NCBI GenBank assembly: GCA_964016885.1
Contig: OZ024742.1
Location: 378,324,001-378,388,000 of the forward strand
From: Eledone cirrhosa
Lineage: Eukaryota
Direction of reading: 5' to 3'
DNA: 64,000 nt
Shown: in pieces, positions 48,801-63,800 of the stretch
How positions within the stretch are numbered: position 1 is the stretch's first letter
How the letters are laid out: each line of letters opens with the position of its first letter
Program-made: the position numbers and the translations under genes
Notes under the pieces: generated by a model
The model's input: the letters and a program-made list of their open reading frames with translations, nothing else
Told to the model about the DNA's origin: nothing
Databases searched by the model: none

Positions 48801-51800
48801 ACTCTATTGTAGCACTGAGCAGTCTATTGTATTAATGTTGTGGTCATTTGTAGTCTATTGTAGCACTGAGCAGTCTATTGTATTAGTGTTGTGGTCATTT
48901 GTAGCTCTATAGTAGCACTGAGCAGTCTATTGTATTAATGTTGTGGTCATTTGTAGCTCTATTGTAGCACTGAGCAGTCTATTGTATTAATGTTGTGGTC
49001 ATTTGTAGTCTATTGTAGCACTGAGCAGTCTATTGTATTAGTGTTGTGGTCATTTGTAGCTCTATAGTAGCACTGAGCAGTCTATTGTATTAATGTTGTG
49101 GTCATTTGTAGCTCTATTGTAGCACTGAGCATTGTATTGTATTAATGTTGTGGTCATTTGTTGTCTATTGTAGCACTGAGCAGTCTATTGTATTAGTGTT
49201 GTGGTCATTTGTAGCTCTATAGTAGCACTGAGCAGTCTATTGTATTAATGTTGTGGTCATTTGTAGCTCTATTGTAGCACTGAGCAGTCTATTGTATTAA
49301 TGTTGTGGTCATTTGTAGTCTATTGTAGCACTGAGCAGTCTATTGTATTAGTGTTGTGGTCATTTGTAGCTCTATAGTAGCACTGAGCAGTCTATTGTAT
49401 TAATGTTGTGGTCATTTGTAGCTCTATTGTAGCACTGAGCATTGTATTGTATTAATGTTGTGGTCATTTGTTGTCTATTGTAGCACTGAGCAGTCTATTG
49501 TATTAATTTTGTGGTCATTTGTAGTCTATTGTAGAACTGAGCAGTCTATTGTATTAATGTTGTGGTCATTCCTAGTCTATTGTAGCACTGAGCAGTCTAT
49601 TGTATTAATGTTGTGGTCATTTGTAGCTCTATTGTAGCACTGAGCATTGTATAGTATTAATGTTGTGGTCATTTGTAGTCTATTGTAGCAATGAGCAGTC
49701 TATTGTATTAATGTTGTGGTCATTTGTAGCTCTATTGTTGCACTGAGCAGTCTATTGTATTAATGTTGTGGTCATTTGTAGTCTATTGTAGCACTGAGCA
49801 GTCTATTGTATTAATGTTGTGGTCATTTGTAGCTCTATTGTAGCACTGAGCAGTCTATTATATTAATGTTGTGGTCATTTGTAGTCTATTGTAGCACTGA
49901 GCAGTCTATTGTATTAGTGTTGTGGTCATTTGTAGCTCTATTGTAGCACTGAGCAGTCTATTGTATTAATGTTGTGGTCAGTTGTAGTCTTTTGTAGCAC
50001 TGAGCAGTCTATTGTATTAATGTTGTGGTCATTTGTAGCTCTATTGTAGCACTGAGCAGTCTATTGTATTAATGTTGTGGTCATTTGTAGCTCTATTGTA
50101 GCACTGAGCAGTCTATTGTATTAATGTTGTGGTCATTTGTAGCTCTATTGTAGCACTGAGCAGTCTATTGTATTAATGTTGTGGTCATTTGTAGTCTATT
50201 GTAGCACTGAGCAGTCTATTGTATTAGTGTTGTGGTCATTTGTAGCTCTATAGTAGCACTGAGCAGTCTATTGTATTAATGTTGTGGTCAGTTGTAGTCT
50301 ATTGTAGCACTGAGCAGTATATTGTATTAATGTTGTGGTCATTTGTAGCTCTATTGTAGCACTGAACAGTCTATTGTATTAATGTTGTGGTCAGTTGTAG
50401 TCTATTGTAGCACTGAGCAGTCTATTGTATTAATGTTGTAGTCATTTGTAGCTCTATTGTATCACTGAGCAGTCTATTGTATTAATGTTGTGGTCATTTG
50501 TAGCTCTATTGTAGCACTGAGCATTGTATTGTATTAATGTTGTGGTCATTTGTAGTCTATTGTAGCACTGAGCAGTCTATTGTATTAATGTTGTGGTCAT
50601 TTGTAGCTCTATTGTAGCACTGAGCAGTCTATTGTATTAATGTTGTGGTCATTTGTAACTCTATTGTAGCACTGAGCAGTCTATTGTATTAATGTTGTGG
50701 TCATTTGTAGTCTATTGTAGCACTGAGCAGTCTATTGTATTAATGCTGTGGTCATTTGTAGCTCTATTGTAGCACTGAGCATTGTATTGTATTAATGTTG
50801 TGGTCATTTGTAATCTATTGTAGCACTGAGCAGTCTATTGTATTAATGTTGTGGTCATTTGTAGCTCTATTGTAGCACTGAGCAGTCTATTGTATTAATG
50901 TTGTGGTCATTTGTAGCTCTATTGTAGCACTGAGCAGTCTATTGTATTAGTGTTGTGGTCATTTGTAGCTCTATAGTAGCACTGAGCAGTCTATTGTATT
51001 AATGTTGTGGTCAGTTGTAGTCTATTGTAGCACTGAGCAGTCTATTGTATTAATGTTGTGGTCATTTGTAGCTCTATTGTATCACTGAGCAGTCTATTGT
51101 ATTAATGTTGTGGTCATTTGTAGCTCTATTGTAGCACTGAGCATTGTATTGTATTAATGTTGTGGTCATTTGTAGTCTATTGTAGCACTGAGCAGTCTAT
51201 TGTATTAATGTTGTGGTCATTTGTAGCTCTTTTGTAGCACTGAGCAGTCTATTGTATTAATGTTGTGGTCATTTGTAACTCTATTGTAGCACTGAGCAGT
51301 CTATTGTATTAATGTTGTGGTCATTTGTAGTCTATTGTAACACTGAGCAGTCTATTGTATTAGTGTTGTGGTCATTTGTAGTCTATTGTAGCACTGAGCA
51401 GTCTATTGTATTAGTGTTGTGGTCATTTGTAGCTCTATAGTAGCACTGAGCAGTCTATTGTATTAATGTTGTGGTCATTTGTAGCTCTATTGTAGCACTG
51501 AGCAGTCTATTGTATTAATGTTGTGGTCATTTGTAGTCTATTGTAGCACTGAGCAGTCTATTGTATTAGTGTTGTGGTCATTTGTAGCTCTATAGTAGCA
51601 CTGAGCAGTCTATTGTATTAATGTTGTGGTCATTTATAGCTCTATTGTAGCACTGAGCATTGTATTGTATTAATGTTGTGGTCATTTGTTGTCTATTGTA
51701 GCACTGAGCAGTCTATTGTATTAATTTTGTGGTCATTTGTAGTCTATTGTAATACTGAGCAGTCTATTGTATTAATGTTGTGGTCATTTGTAGTCTATTG

Positions 51801-54800
51801 TAGCACTGAGCAGTCTATTTTATTAATGTTGTGGTCATTTGTAGTCTATTGTAGCACTGAGCATTGTATTGTATTAATGTTGTGGTCATTTGTAGTCTAT
51901 TGTAGCACTGCGCAGTCTATTGTATTAATGTTGTGGTCATTTGTAGCTCTATTGTAGCACTGAGCAGTCTATTGTATTAATGTTGTGGTCATTTGTAGTC
52001 TATTGTAGCACTGAGCAGTCTATTGTATTAATGGTGTGGTCATTTGTAGTCTATTGTAGCACTGAGCAGTGTATTGTATTAATGTTGTGGTCATTTGTAG
52101 CTCTATTGTAGCACTGAGCAGTCTATTGTATTAGTGTTGTGGTCATTTGTAGTCTATTGTAGCACTGAGCAGTCTATTGTATTAGTGTTGTGGTCATTTG
52201 TAGCTCTATAGTAGCACTGAGCAGTCTATTGTATTAATGTTGTGGTCATTTGTAGCTCTATTGTAGCACTGAGCAATCTATTGTATTAATGTTGTAGTCA
52301 TTTGAAGTCTATTGTAGCACTGAGTAGTCTATTGTATTAATGTTGTGGTCATTTGTAGTCTATTGTAGCACTGTGCCGTGTATTGTATTAGTGTTGTGGT
52401 CATTTGTAGCTCTATTGTAGCACTGAGCAGTCTATTGTATTAATGTTGTGGTCAGTTGTATTCTATTGTAGCACTGAGCAGATTATTGTATTAATGTTGT
52501 GGTCATTTGTAGTATATTGTAGTTCTGAGCAGTCTATTGTATTGATGTTGTGGTCATTTGTAGTCTATTGTAGCACTGAGCAGTCTATTGTATTAATGTT
52601 GTGGTCATTTGTAGTCTATTGTAGCACTGAGCAGTCTATTGTATTAATGTTGTGGTCATTTGTAGTCTATTGTAGCACTGAGCAGTCTATTGTATTAATG
52701 TTGTGGTCATTTGTAGCTCTATTGTAGCACTGAGCAGTCTATTATATTAATGTTGTGGTCATTTGTAGTCTATTGTAGCACTGAGCAGTCTATTGTATTA
52801 GTGTTGTGGTCATTTGTCGCTCTATTGTAGCACTGAGCAGTCTATTGTATTAATGTTGTGGTCAGTTGTAGTCTATTGTAGCACTGAGCAGTCTATTGTA
52901 TTAATGTTGTGGTCATCTGTAGCTCTATTGTAGCACTGAGCAGTCTATTGTATTAATGTTGTGGTCATTTGTAGCTCTATTGTAGCACTGAGCATTGTAT
53001 TGTATTAATGTTGTGGTCATTTGTAGTCTATTGTAGCACTGAGCAGTCTATTGTATTAATGTTGTGGTCATTTGTAGCTCTATTGTAGCAATGAGCAGGC
53101 TATTGTATTAATGTTGTGGTCATTTGTAGCTCTATTGTAGTACTGAGCAGTCTATTGTATTAATGTTGTGGTGATGTGTAGTCTATTGTAGCACTGAGCA
53201 GTCTATTGTATTAGTGTTGTGGTCATTTGTAGCTCTATAGTAGCACTGAGCAGTCTATTGTATTAATGTTGTGGTCAGTTGTATTCTATTGTAGCACTGA
53301 GCAGACTATTGTATTAATGTTGTGGTCATTTGTAGTATATTGTAGTTCTGAGCAGTCTATTGTATTGATGTTGTGGTCATTTGTAGTCTATTGTAGCACT
53401 GAGCAGTCTATTGTATTAATGTTGTGGTCATTTGTAGTCTATTGTATTAATGTTGTGGTCATTTGTAGTCTATTGTAGCATTGAGCAGTCTATTGTATTA
53501 ATGTTGTGGTCATTTGTAGCTCTATTGTAGCACTGAGCAGTCTATTATATTAATGTTGTGGTCATTTGTAGTCTATTGTAGCACTGAACAGTCTATTGTA
53601 TTAGTGTTGTGGTCATTTGTAGCTCTATTGTAGCACTGAGCAGTCTATTGTATTAATGTTGTGGTCAGTTGTAGTCTATTGTAGCACTGAGCAGTCTATT
53701 GTATTAATGTTGTGGTCATTTGTAGCTCTATTGTAGCACTGAGCAGTCTATTGTATTAATGTTGTGGTCATTTGTAGCTCTATTGTAGCACTTAGCATTG
53801 TATTGTATTAATGTTGTGGTCATTTGTAGTCTATTGTAGCACTGAGCAGTCTATTGTATTAATGTTGTGGTCATTTGTAGCTCTATTGTAGCACTGAGCA
53901 GTCTATTGTATTAATGTTGTGGTCATTTGTAACTCTATTGTAGCACTGAGCAGTCTATTGTATTAATGTTGTGGTCATTTGTAGTCTATTGTAGCACTGA
54001 GCAGTCTATTGTATTAGTGTTGTGGTCATTTGTAGCTCTATAGTAGCACTGAGCAGTCTATTGTATTAATGTTGTGGTCATTTGTAGCTCTATTGTAGCA
54101 CTGAGCAGTCTATTGTATTAATGTTGTGGTCATTTGTAGTCTATTGTAGCACTGAGCAGTCTATTGTATTAGTGTTGTGGTCATTTGTAGCTCTATAGTA
54201 GCACTGAGCAGTCTATTGTATTAATGTTGTGGTCATTTGTAGCTCTATTGTAGCACTGAGCATTGTATTGTATTAATGTTGTGGTCATTTGTTGTCTATT
54301 GTAGCACTGAGCAGTCTATTGTATTAAATTTGTGGTCATTTGTAGTCTATTGTAGAACTCAGCAGTCTATTGTATTAATGTTGTGGTCATTCCTAGTCTA
54401 TTGTAGCACTGAGCAGTCTATTGTATTAATGTTGTGGTCATTTGTAGCTCTATTGTAGCACTGAGCATTGTATGGTATTAATGTTGTGGTCATTTGTAGT
54501 CTATTGTAGCACTGAGCAGTCTATTGTATTAATGTTGTGGTCATTTGTAGCTCTATTGTAGCACTGAGCAGTCTATTGTATTAGTGTTGTGGTCATTTGT
54601 AGCTCTATAGTAGCACTGAGCAGTCTATTGTATTAATGTTGTGGTCAGTTGTAGTCTATTGTAGCACTGAGCAGTCTATTGTATTAATGTTGTGGTCATT
54701 TGTAGCTCTATTGTAGCACTGAGCAGTCTATTGTATTAATGTTGTGGTCATTTGTAACTCTATTGTAGCACTGAGCAGTCTATTGTATTAATGTTGTGGT

Positions 54801-57800
54801 CATTTGTAGTCTATTGTAGCACTGAGCAGTCTATTGTATTAGTGTTGTGGTCATTTGTAGTCTATTGTAGCACTGAGCAGTCTATTGTATTAGTGTTGTG
54901 GTCATTTGTAGCTCTATAGTAGCACTGAGCAGTCTATTGTATTAATGTTGTGGTCATTTGTAGCTCTATTGTAGCACTGAGCAGTCTATTGTATTAATGT
55001 TGTGGTCATTTGTAGTCTATTGTAGCACTGAGCAGTCTATTGTATTAGTGTTGTGGTCATTTGTAGCTCTATAGTAGCACTGAGCAGTCTATTGTATTAA
55101 TGTTGTGGTCATTTGTAGCTCTATTGTAGCACTGAGCATTGTATTGTATTAATGTTGTGGTCATTTGTTGTCTATTGTAGCACTGAGCAGTCTATTGTAT
55201 TAATTTTGTGGTCATTTGTAGTCTATTGTAATACTGAGCAGTCTATTGTATTAATGTTGTGGTCATTTGTAGTCTATTGTAGCACTGAGCAGTCTATTTT
55301 ATTAATGTTGTGGTCATTTGTAGTCTATTGTAGCACTGAGCATTGTATTGTATTAATGTTGTGGTCATTTGTAGTCTATTGTAGCACTGCGCAGTCTATT
55401 GTATTAATGTTGTGGTCATTTGTAGCTCTATTGTAGCACTGAGCAGTCTATTGTATTAATGTTGTGGTCATTTGTAGTCTATTGTAGCACTGAGCAGTCT
55501 ATTGTATTAATGTTGTGGTCATTTGTAGTCTATTGTAGCACTGAGCAGTGTATTGTATTAATGTTGTGGTCATTTGTAGCTCTATTGTAGAACTGAGTAG
55601 TGTATTGTATTAATGTTGTGTTCATTTGTAGTCTATTGTAGCACTGACCAGTCTATTGTATTAATGTTGTGGTCATTTGTAGCTCTACTGTAGCACTGAG
55701 CAGTCTATTGTATTAATGTTGTGGTCATTTGTAGCTCTATTGTAGCACTGAGCAGTCTATTGTATTAATGTTGTGGTCATTTGTAGTCTATTGTAGCACT
55801 GAGCTGTCTATTGTATTAATGTTGTGGTCATTTGTAGCTCTATAGTAGCAATGAGCAGTCTATTGTATTAATGTTGTGGTCATTTGTAGTCTATTGTAGC
55901 ACTGAGCAGTCTATTGTATTAATGGTGTGGTCATTTGTAGTCTATTGTAGCACTGAGCAGTGTATTGTATTAATGTTGTGGTCATTTGTAGCTCTATTGT
56001 AGCACTGAGCAGTCTATTGTATTAGTGTTGTGGTCATTTGTAGTCTATTGTAGCACTGAGCAGTCTATTGTATTAGTGTTGTGGTCATTTGTAGCTCTAT
56101 AGTAGCACTGAGCAGTCTATTGTATTAATGTTGTGGTCATTTGTAGCTCTATTGTAGCACTGAGCAATCTATTGTATTAATGTTGTAGTCATTTGAAGTC
56201 TATTGTAGCACTGAGTAGTCTATTGTATTAATGTTGTGGTCATTTGTAGTCTATTGTAGCACTGTGCCGTGTATTGTATTAGTGTTGTGGTCATTTGTAG
56301 CTCTATTGTAGCACTGAGCAGTCTATTGTATTAATGTTGTGGTCAGTTGTATTCTATTGTAGCACTGAGCAGATTATTGTATTAATGTTGTGGTCATTTG
56401 TAGTATATTGTAGTTCTGAGCAGTCTATTGTATTGATGTTGTGGTCATTTGTAGTCTATTGTAGCACTGAGCAGTCTATTGTATTAATGTTGTGGTCATT
56501 TGTAGTCTATTGTAGCACTGAGCAGTCTATTGTATTAATGTTGTGGTCATTTGTAGTCTATTGTAGCACTGAGCAGTCTATTGTATTAATGTTGTGGTCA
56601 TTTGTAGCTCTATTGTAGCACTGAGCAGTCTATTATATTAATGTTGTGGTCATTTGTAGTCTATTGTAGCACTGAGCAGTCTATTGTATTAGTGTTGTGG
56701 TCATTTGTCGCTCTATTGTAGCACTGAGCAGTCTATTGTATTAATGTTGTGGTCAGTTGTAGTCTATTGTAGCACTGAGCAGTCTATTGTATTAATGTTG
56801 TGGTCATCTGTAGCTCTATTGTAGCACTGAGCAGTCTATTGTATTAATGTTGTGGTCATTTGTAGCTCTATTGTAGCACTGAGCATTGTATTGTATTAAT
56901 GTTGTGGTCATTTGTAGTCTATTGTAGCACTGAGCAGTCTATTGTATTAATGTTGTGGTCATTTGTAGCTCTATTGTAGCAATGAGCAGGCTATTGTATT
57001 AATGTTGTGGTCATTTGTAGCTCTATTGTAGTACTGAGCAGTCTATTGTATTAATGTTGTGGTGATGTGTAGTCTATTGTAGCACTGAGCAGTCTATTGT
57101 ATTAGTGTTGTGGTCATTTGTAGCTCTATAGTAGCACTGAGCAGTCTATTGTATTAATGTTGTGGTCAGTTGTATTCTATTGTAGCACTGAGCAGACTAT
57201 TGTATTAATGTTGTGGTCATTTGTAGTATATTGTAGTTCTGAGCAGTCTATTGTATTGATGTTGTGGTCATTTGTAGTCTATTGTAGCACTGAGCAGTCT
57301 ATTGTATTAATGTTGTGGTCATTTGTAGTCTATTGTATTAATGTTGTGGTCATTTGTAGTCTATTGTAGCATTGAGCAGTCTATTGTATTAATGTTGTGG
57401 TCATTTGTAGCTCTATTGTAGCACTGAGCAGTCTATTATATTAATGTTGTGGTCATTTGTAGTCTATTGTAGCACTGAACAGTCTATTGTATTAGTGTTG
57501 TGGTCATTTGTAGCTCTATTGTAGCACTGAGCAGTCTATTGTATTAATGTTGTGGTCAGTTGTAGTCTATTGTAGCACTGAGCAGTCTATTGTATTAATG
57601 TTGTGGTCATTTGTAGCTCTATTGTAGCACTGAGCAGTCTATTGTATTAATGTTGTGGTCATTTGTAGCTCTATTGTAGCACTTAGCATTGTATTGTATT
57701 AATGTTGTGGTCATTTGTAGTCTATTGTAGCACTGAGCAGTCTATTGTATTAATGTTGTGGTCATTTGTAGCTCTATTGTAGCACTGAGCAGTCTATTGT

Positions 57801-60800
57801 ATTAATGTTGTGGTCATTTGTAACTCTATTGTAGCACTGAGCAGTCTATTGTATTAATGTTGTGGTCATTTGTAGTCTATTGTAGCACTGAGCAGTCTAT
57901 TGTATTAGTGTTGTGGTCATTTGTAGCTCTATAGTAGCACTGAGCAGTCTATTGTATTAATGTTGTGGTCATTTGTAGCTCTATTGTAGCACTGAGCAGT
58001 CTATTGTATTAATGTTGTGGTCATTTGTAGTCTATTGTAGCACTGAGCAGTCTATTGTATTAGTGTTGTGGTCATTTGTAGCTCTATAGTAGCACTGAGC
58101 AGTCTATTGTATTAATGTTGTGGTCATGTGTAGCTCTATTGTAGCACTGAGCATTGTATTGTATTAATGTTGTGGTCATTTGTTGTCTATTGTAGCACTG
58201 AGCAGTCTATTGTATTAAATTTGTGGTCATTTGTAGTCTATTGTAGAACTCAGCAGTCTATTGTATTAATGTTGTGGTCATTCCTAGTCTATTGTAGCAC
58301 TGAGCAGTCTATTGTATTAATGTTGTGGTCATTTGTAGCTCTATTGTAGCACTGAGCATTGTATGGTATTAATGTTGTGGTCATTTGTAGTCTATTGTAG
58401 CACTGAGCAGTCTATTGTATTAATGTTGTGGTCATTTGTAGCTCTATTGTAGCACTGAGCAGTCTATTGTATTAGTGTTGTGGTCATTTGTAGCTCTATA
58501 GTAGCACTGAGCAGTCTATTGTATTAATGTTGTGGTCAGTTGTAGTCTATTGTAGCACTGAGCAGTCTATTGTATTAATGTTGTGGTCATTTGTAGCTCT
58601 ATTGTAGCACTGAGCAGTCTATTGTATTAATGTTGTGGTCATTTGTAACTCTATTGTAGCACTGAGCAGTCTATTGTATTAATGTTGTGGTCATTTGTAG
58701 TCTATTGTAGCACTGAGCAGTCTATTGTATCAGTGTTGTGGTCATTTGTAGTCTATTGTAGCACTGAGCAGTCTATTGTATTAGTGTTGTGGTCATTTGT
58801 AGCTCTATAGTAGCACTGAGCAGTCTATTGTATTAATGTTGTGGTCATTTGTAGCTCTATTGTAGCACTGAGCAGTCTATTGTATTAATGTTGTGGTCAT
58901 TTGTAGTCTATTGTAGCACTGAGCAGTCTATTGTATTAGTGTTGTGGTCATTTGTAGCTCTATAGTAGCACTGAGCAGTCTATTGTATTAATGTTGTGGT
59001 CATTTGTAGCTCTATTGTAGCACTGAGCATTGTATTGTATTAATGTTGTGGTCATTTGTTGTCTATTGTAGCACTGAGCAGTCTATTGTATTAATTTTGT
59101 GGTCATTTGTAGTCTATTGTAATACTGAGCAGTCTATTGTATTAATGTTGTGGTCATTTGTAGTCTATTGTAGCACTGAGCAGTCTATTTTATTAATGTT
59201 GTGGTCATTTGTAGTCTATTGTAGCACTGAGCATTGTATTGTATTAATGTTGTGGTCATTTGTAGTCTATTGTAGCACTGCGCAGTCTATTGTATTAATG
59301 TTGTGGTCATTTGTAGCTCTATTGTAGCACTGAGCAGTCTATTGTATTAATGTTGTGGTCATTTGTAGTCTATTGTAGCACTGAGCAGTCTATTGTATTA
59401 ATGTTGTGGTCATTTGTAGTCTATTGTAGCACTGAGCAGTGTATTGTATTAATGTTGTGGTCATTTGTAGCTCTATTGTAGAACTGAGTAGTGTATTGTA
59501 TTAATGTTGTGTTCATTTGTAGTCTATTGTAGCACTGACCAGTCTATTGTATTAATGTTGTGGTCATTTGTAGCTCTACTGTAGCACTGAGCAGTCTATT
59601 GTATTAATGTTGTGGTCATTTGTAGCTCTATTGTAGCACTGAGCAGTCTATTGTATTAATGTTGTGGTCATTTGTAGTCTATTGTAGCACTGAGCTGTCT
59701 ATTGTATTAATGTTGTGGTCATTTGTAGCTCTATAGTAGCAATGAGCAGTCTATTGTATTAATGTTGTGGTAATTTGTAGTCTACTGTAGCACTGAGCAG
59801 TGTATTGTATTAATGTTGTGGTCATTTGTAGTCTATTGTAGCACTGAGCAGTCTATTGTATTAATGTTGTGGTCATTTGTAGTCTATTGTAGCACTGAGC
59901 AGTCTATTGTATTAATGTTGTGGTCATTTGTAGCTCTATTGTAGCACTGAGCAATCTATTGTATTAATGTTGTGGTCATTTGAAGTCTATTGTAGCACTG
60001 AGTAGTCTATTGTATTAATGTTGTGGTCATTTGTAGTCTATTGTAGCACTGTGCCGTGTATTGTATTAGTGTTGTGGTCATTTGTAGCTCTATTGTAGCA
60101 CTGAGCAGTCTATTGTATTAATGTTGTGGTCAGTTGTATTCTATTGTAGCACTGAGCAGATTATTGTATTAATGTTGTGGTCATTTGTAGTATATTGTAG
60201 TTCTGAGCAGTCTATTGTATTGATGTTGTGGTCATTTGTAGTCTATTGTAGCACTGAGCAGTCTATTGTATTAATGTTGTGGTCATTTGTAGTCTATTGT
60301 AGCACTGAGCAGTCTATTGTATTAATGTTGTGGTCATTTGTAGTCTATTGTAGCACTGAGCAGTCTATTGTATTAATGTTGTGGTCATTTGTAGCGCTAT
60401 TGTAGCACTGAGCAGTCTATTATATTAATGTTGTGGTCATTTGTAGTCTATTGTAGCACTGAGCAGTCTATTGTATTAGTGTTGTGGTCATTTGTCGCTC
60501 TATTGTAGCACTGAGCAGTCTATTGTATTAATGTTGTGGTCAGTTGTAGTCTATTGTAGCACTGAGCAGTCTATTGTATTAACGTTGTGGTCATTTGTAG
60601 CTCTATTGTAGCACTGAGCAGTCTATTGTATTAATGTTGTGGTCATTTGTAGCTCTATTGTAGCACTGAGCATTGTATTGTATTAATGTTGTGGTCATTT
60701 GTAGTCTATTGTAGCACTGAGCAGTCTATTGTATTAATGTTGTGGTCATTTGTAGCTCTATTGTAGCACTGAGCAGGCTATTGTATTAATGTTGTGGTCA

Positions 60801-63800
60801 TTTGTAGCTCTATTGTAGTACTGAGCAGTCTATTGTATTAATGTTGTGGTGATTTGTAGTCTATTGTAGCACTGAGCAGTCTATTGTAATAGTGTTGTGG
60901 TCATTTGTAGCTCTATAGTAGCACTGAGCAGTCTATTGTATTAATGTTGTGGTCAGTTGTATTCTATTGTAGCACTGAGCAGACTATTGTATTAATGTTG
61001 TGGTCATTTGTAGTATATTGTAGTTCTGAGCAGTCTATTGTATTGATGTTGTGGTCATTTGTAGTCTATTGTAGCACTGAGCAGTCTATTGTATTAATGT
61101 TGTGGTCATTTGTAGCTCTATTGTAGCACTGAGCAGTCTATTGTATTAATGTTGTGGTCATTTGTAGCTCTATTGTAGCACTTAGCATTGTATTGTATTA
61201 ATGTTGTGGTCATTTGTAGTCTATTGTAGCACTGAGCAGTCTATTTTATTAATGTTGTGGTCATTTGTAGCTCTATTGTAGCACTGAGCAGTCTATTGTA
61301 TTAATGTTGTGGTCATTTGTAACTCTATTGTAGCACTGAGCAGTCTATTGTATTAATGTTGTGGTCATTTGTAGTCTATTGTAGCACTGAGCAGTCTATT
61401 GTATTAGTGTTGTGGTCATTTGTAGCTCTATAGTAGCACTGAGCAGTCTATTGTATTAATGTTGTGGTCATTTGTAGCTCTATTGTAGCACTGAGCAGTC
61501 TATTGTATTAATGTTGTGGTCATTTGTAGTCTATTGTAGCACTGAGCAGTCTATTGTATTAGTGTTGTGGGCATTTGTAGCTCTATAGTAGCACTGAGCA
61601 GTCTATTGTATTAATGTTGTGGTCATTTGTAGCTCTATTGTAGCACTGAGCATTGTATTGTATTAATGTTGTGGTCATTTGTTGTCTATTGTAGCACTGA
61701 GCAGTCTATTGTATTAATTTTGTGGTCATTTGTAGTCTATTGTAGAACTCAGCAGTCTATTGTATTAATGTTGTGGTCATTCCTAGTCTATTGTAGCACT
61801 GAGCAGTCTATTGTATTAATGTTGTGGTCATTTGTAGCTCTATTGTAGCACTGAGCATTGTATGGTATTAATGTTGTGGTCATTTGTAGTCTATTGTAGC
61901 ACTGAGCAGTCTATTGTATTAATGTTGTGGTCATTTGTAGCTCTATTGTAGCACTGAGCAGTCTATTGTATTAGTGTTGTGGTCATTTGTAGCTCTATAG
62001 TAGCACTGAGCAGTCTATTGTATTAATGTTGTGGTCAGTTGTAGTCTATTGTAGCACTGAGCAGTCTATTGTATTAATGTTGTGGTCATTTGTAGCTCTA
62101 TTGTAGCACTGAGCAGTCTATTATATTAATGTTGTGGTCATTTGTAGTCTATTGTAGCACTGAGCAGTCTATTGTATTAGTGTTGTGGTCATTTGTCGCT
62201 CTATTGTAGCACTGAGCAGTCTATTGTATTAATGTTGTGGTCAGTTGTAGTCTATTGTAGCACTGAGCAGTCTATTGTATTAATGTTGTGGTCATTTGTA
62301 GCTCTATTGTAGCACTGAGCAGTATATTGTATTAATGTTGTGGTCATTTGTAGCTCTATTGTAGCACTGAGCAGTCTATTGTATTAATGTTGTGGTCAGT
62401 TGTAGTCTATTGTAGCACTGAGCAGTCTATTGTATTAATGTTGTGGTCATTTGTAGCTCTATTGTAGCACTGAGCAGTCTATTGTATTAATGTTGTGGTC
62501 ATTTGTAGCTCTATTGTAGCACTGAGCATTGTATTGTATTAATGTTGTGGTCATTTGTAGTCTATTGTAGCACTGAGCAGTCTATTGTATTAATGTTGTG
62601 GTCATTTGTAGCTCTATTGTAGCACTGAGCAGTCTATTGTATTAATGTTGTGGTCATTTGTAACTCTATTGTAGCACTGAGCAGTCTATTGTATTAATGT
62701 TGTGGTCATGTGTAGTCTATTGTAGCACTGAGCAGTCTATTGTATTAGTGTTGTGGTCATTTGTAGCTCTATAGTAGCACTGAGCAGTCTATTGTATTAA
62801 TGTTGTGGTCATTTGTAGCTCTATTGTAGCACTGAGCATTGTATTGTATTAATGTTGTGGTCATTTGTTGTCTATTGTAGCACTGAGCAGTCTATTGTAT
62901 TAATTTTGTGGTCATTTGTAGTCTATTGTAGAACTGAGCAGTCTATTGTATTAATGTTGTGGTCATTCCTAGTCTATTGTAGCACTGAGCAGTCTATTGT
63001 ATTAATGTTGTGGTCATTTGTAGCTCTATTGTAGCACTGAGCATTGTATAGTATTAATGTTGTGGTCATTTGTAGTCTATTGTAGCAATGAGCAGTCTAT
63101 TGTATTAATGTTGTGGTCATTTGTAGCTCTATTGTTGCACTGAGCAGTCTATTGTATTAATGTTGTGGTCAGTTGTAGTCTATTGTAGCACTGAGCAGTC
63201 TATTGTATTAATGTTGTGGTCATTTGTAGCTCTATTGTAGCACTGAGCAGTCTATTGTATTAATGTTGTGGTCATTTGTAGTCTATTGTAGCACTGAGCA
63301 GTCTATTGTATTAGTGTTGTGGTCATTTGTAGCTCTATAGTAGCACTGAGCAGTCTATTGTATTAATGTTGTGGTCATTTGTAGCTCTATTGTAGCACTG
63401 AGCATTGTATTGTATTAATGTTGTGGTCATTTGTTGTCTATTGTAGCACTGAGCAGTCTATTGTATTAATTTTGTGGTCATTTGTAGTCTATTGTAGAAC
63501 TGAGCAGTCTATTGTATTAATGTTGTGGTCATTCCTAGTCTATTGTAGCACTGAGCAGTCTATTGTATTAATGTTGTGGTCATTTGTAGTCTATAGTAGC
63601 ACTGAGCAGTCTATTGTATTAATGTTGTGGTCATTTGTAGCTCTATTGTAGCACTGAGCAGTCTATTATATTAATGTTGTGGTCATTTGTAGTCTATTGT
63701 AGCACTGAGCAGTCTATTGTATTAGTGTTGTGGCCATTTGTAGCTCTATTGTAGCACTGAGCAGTCTATTGTATTAATGTTGTGGTCAGTTGTAGTCTAT

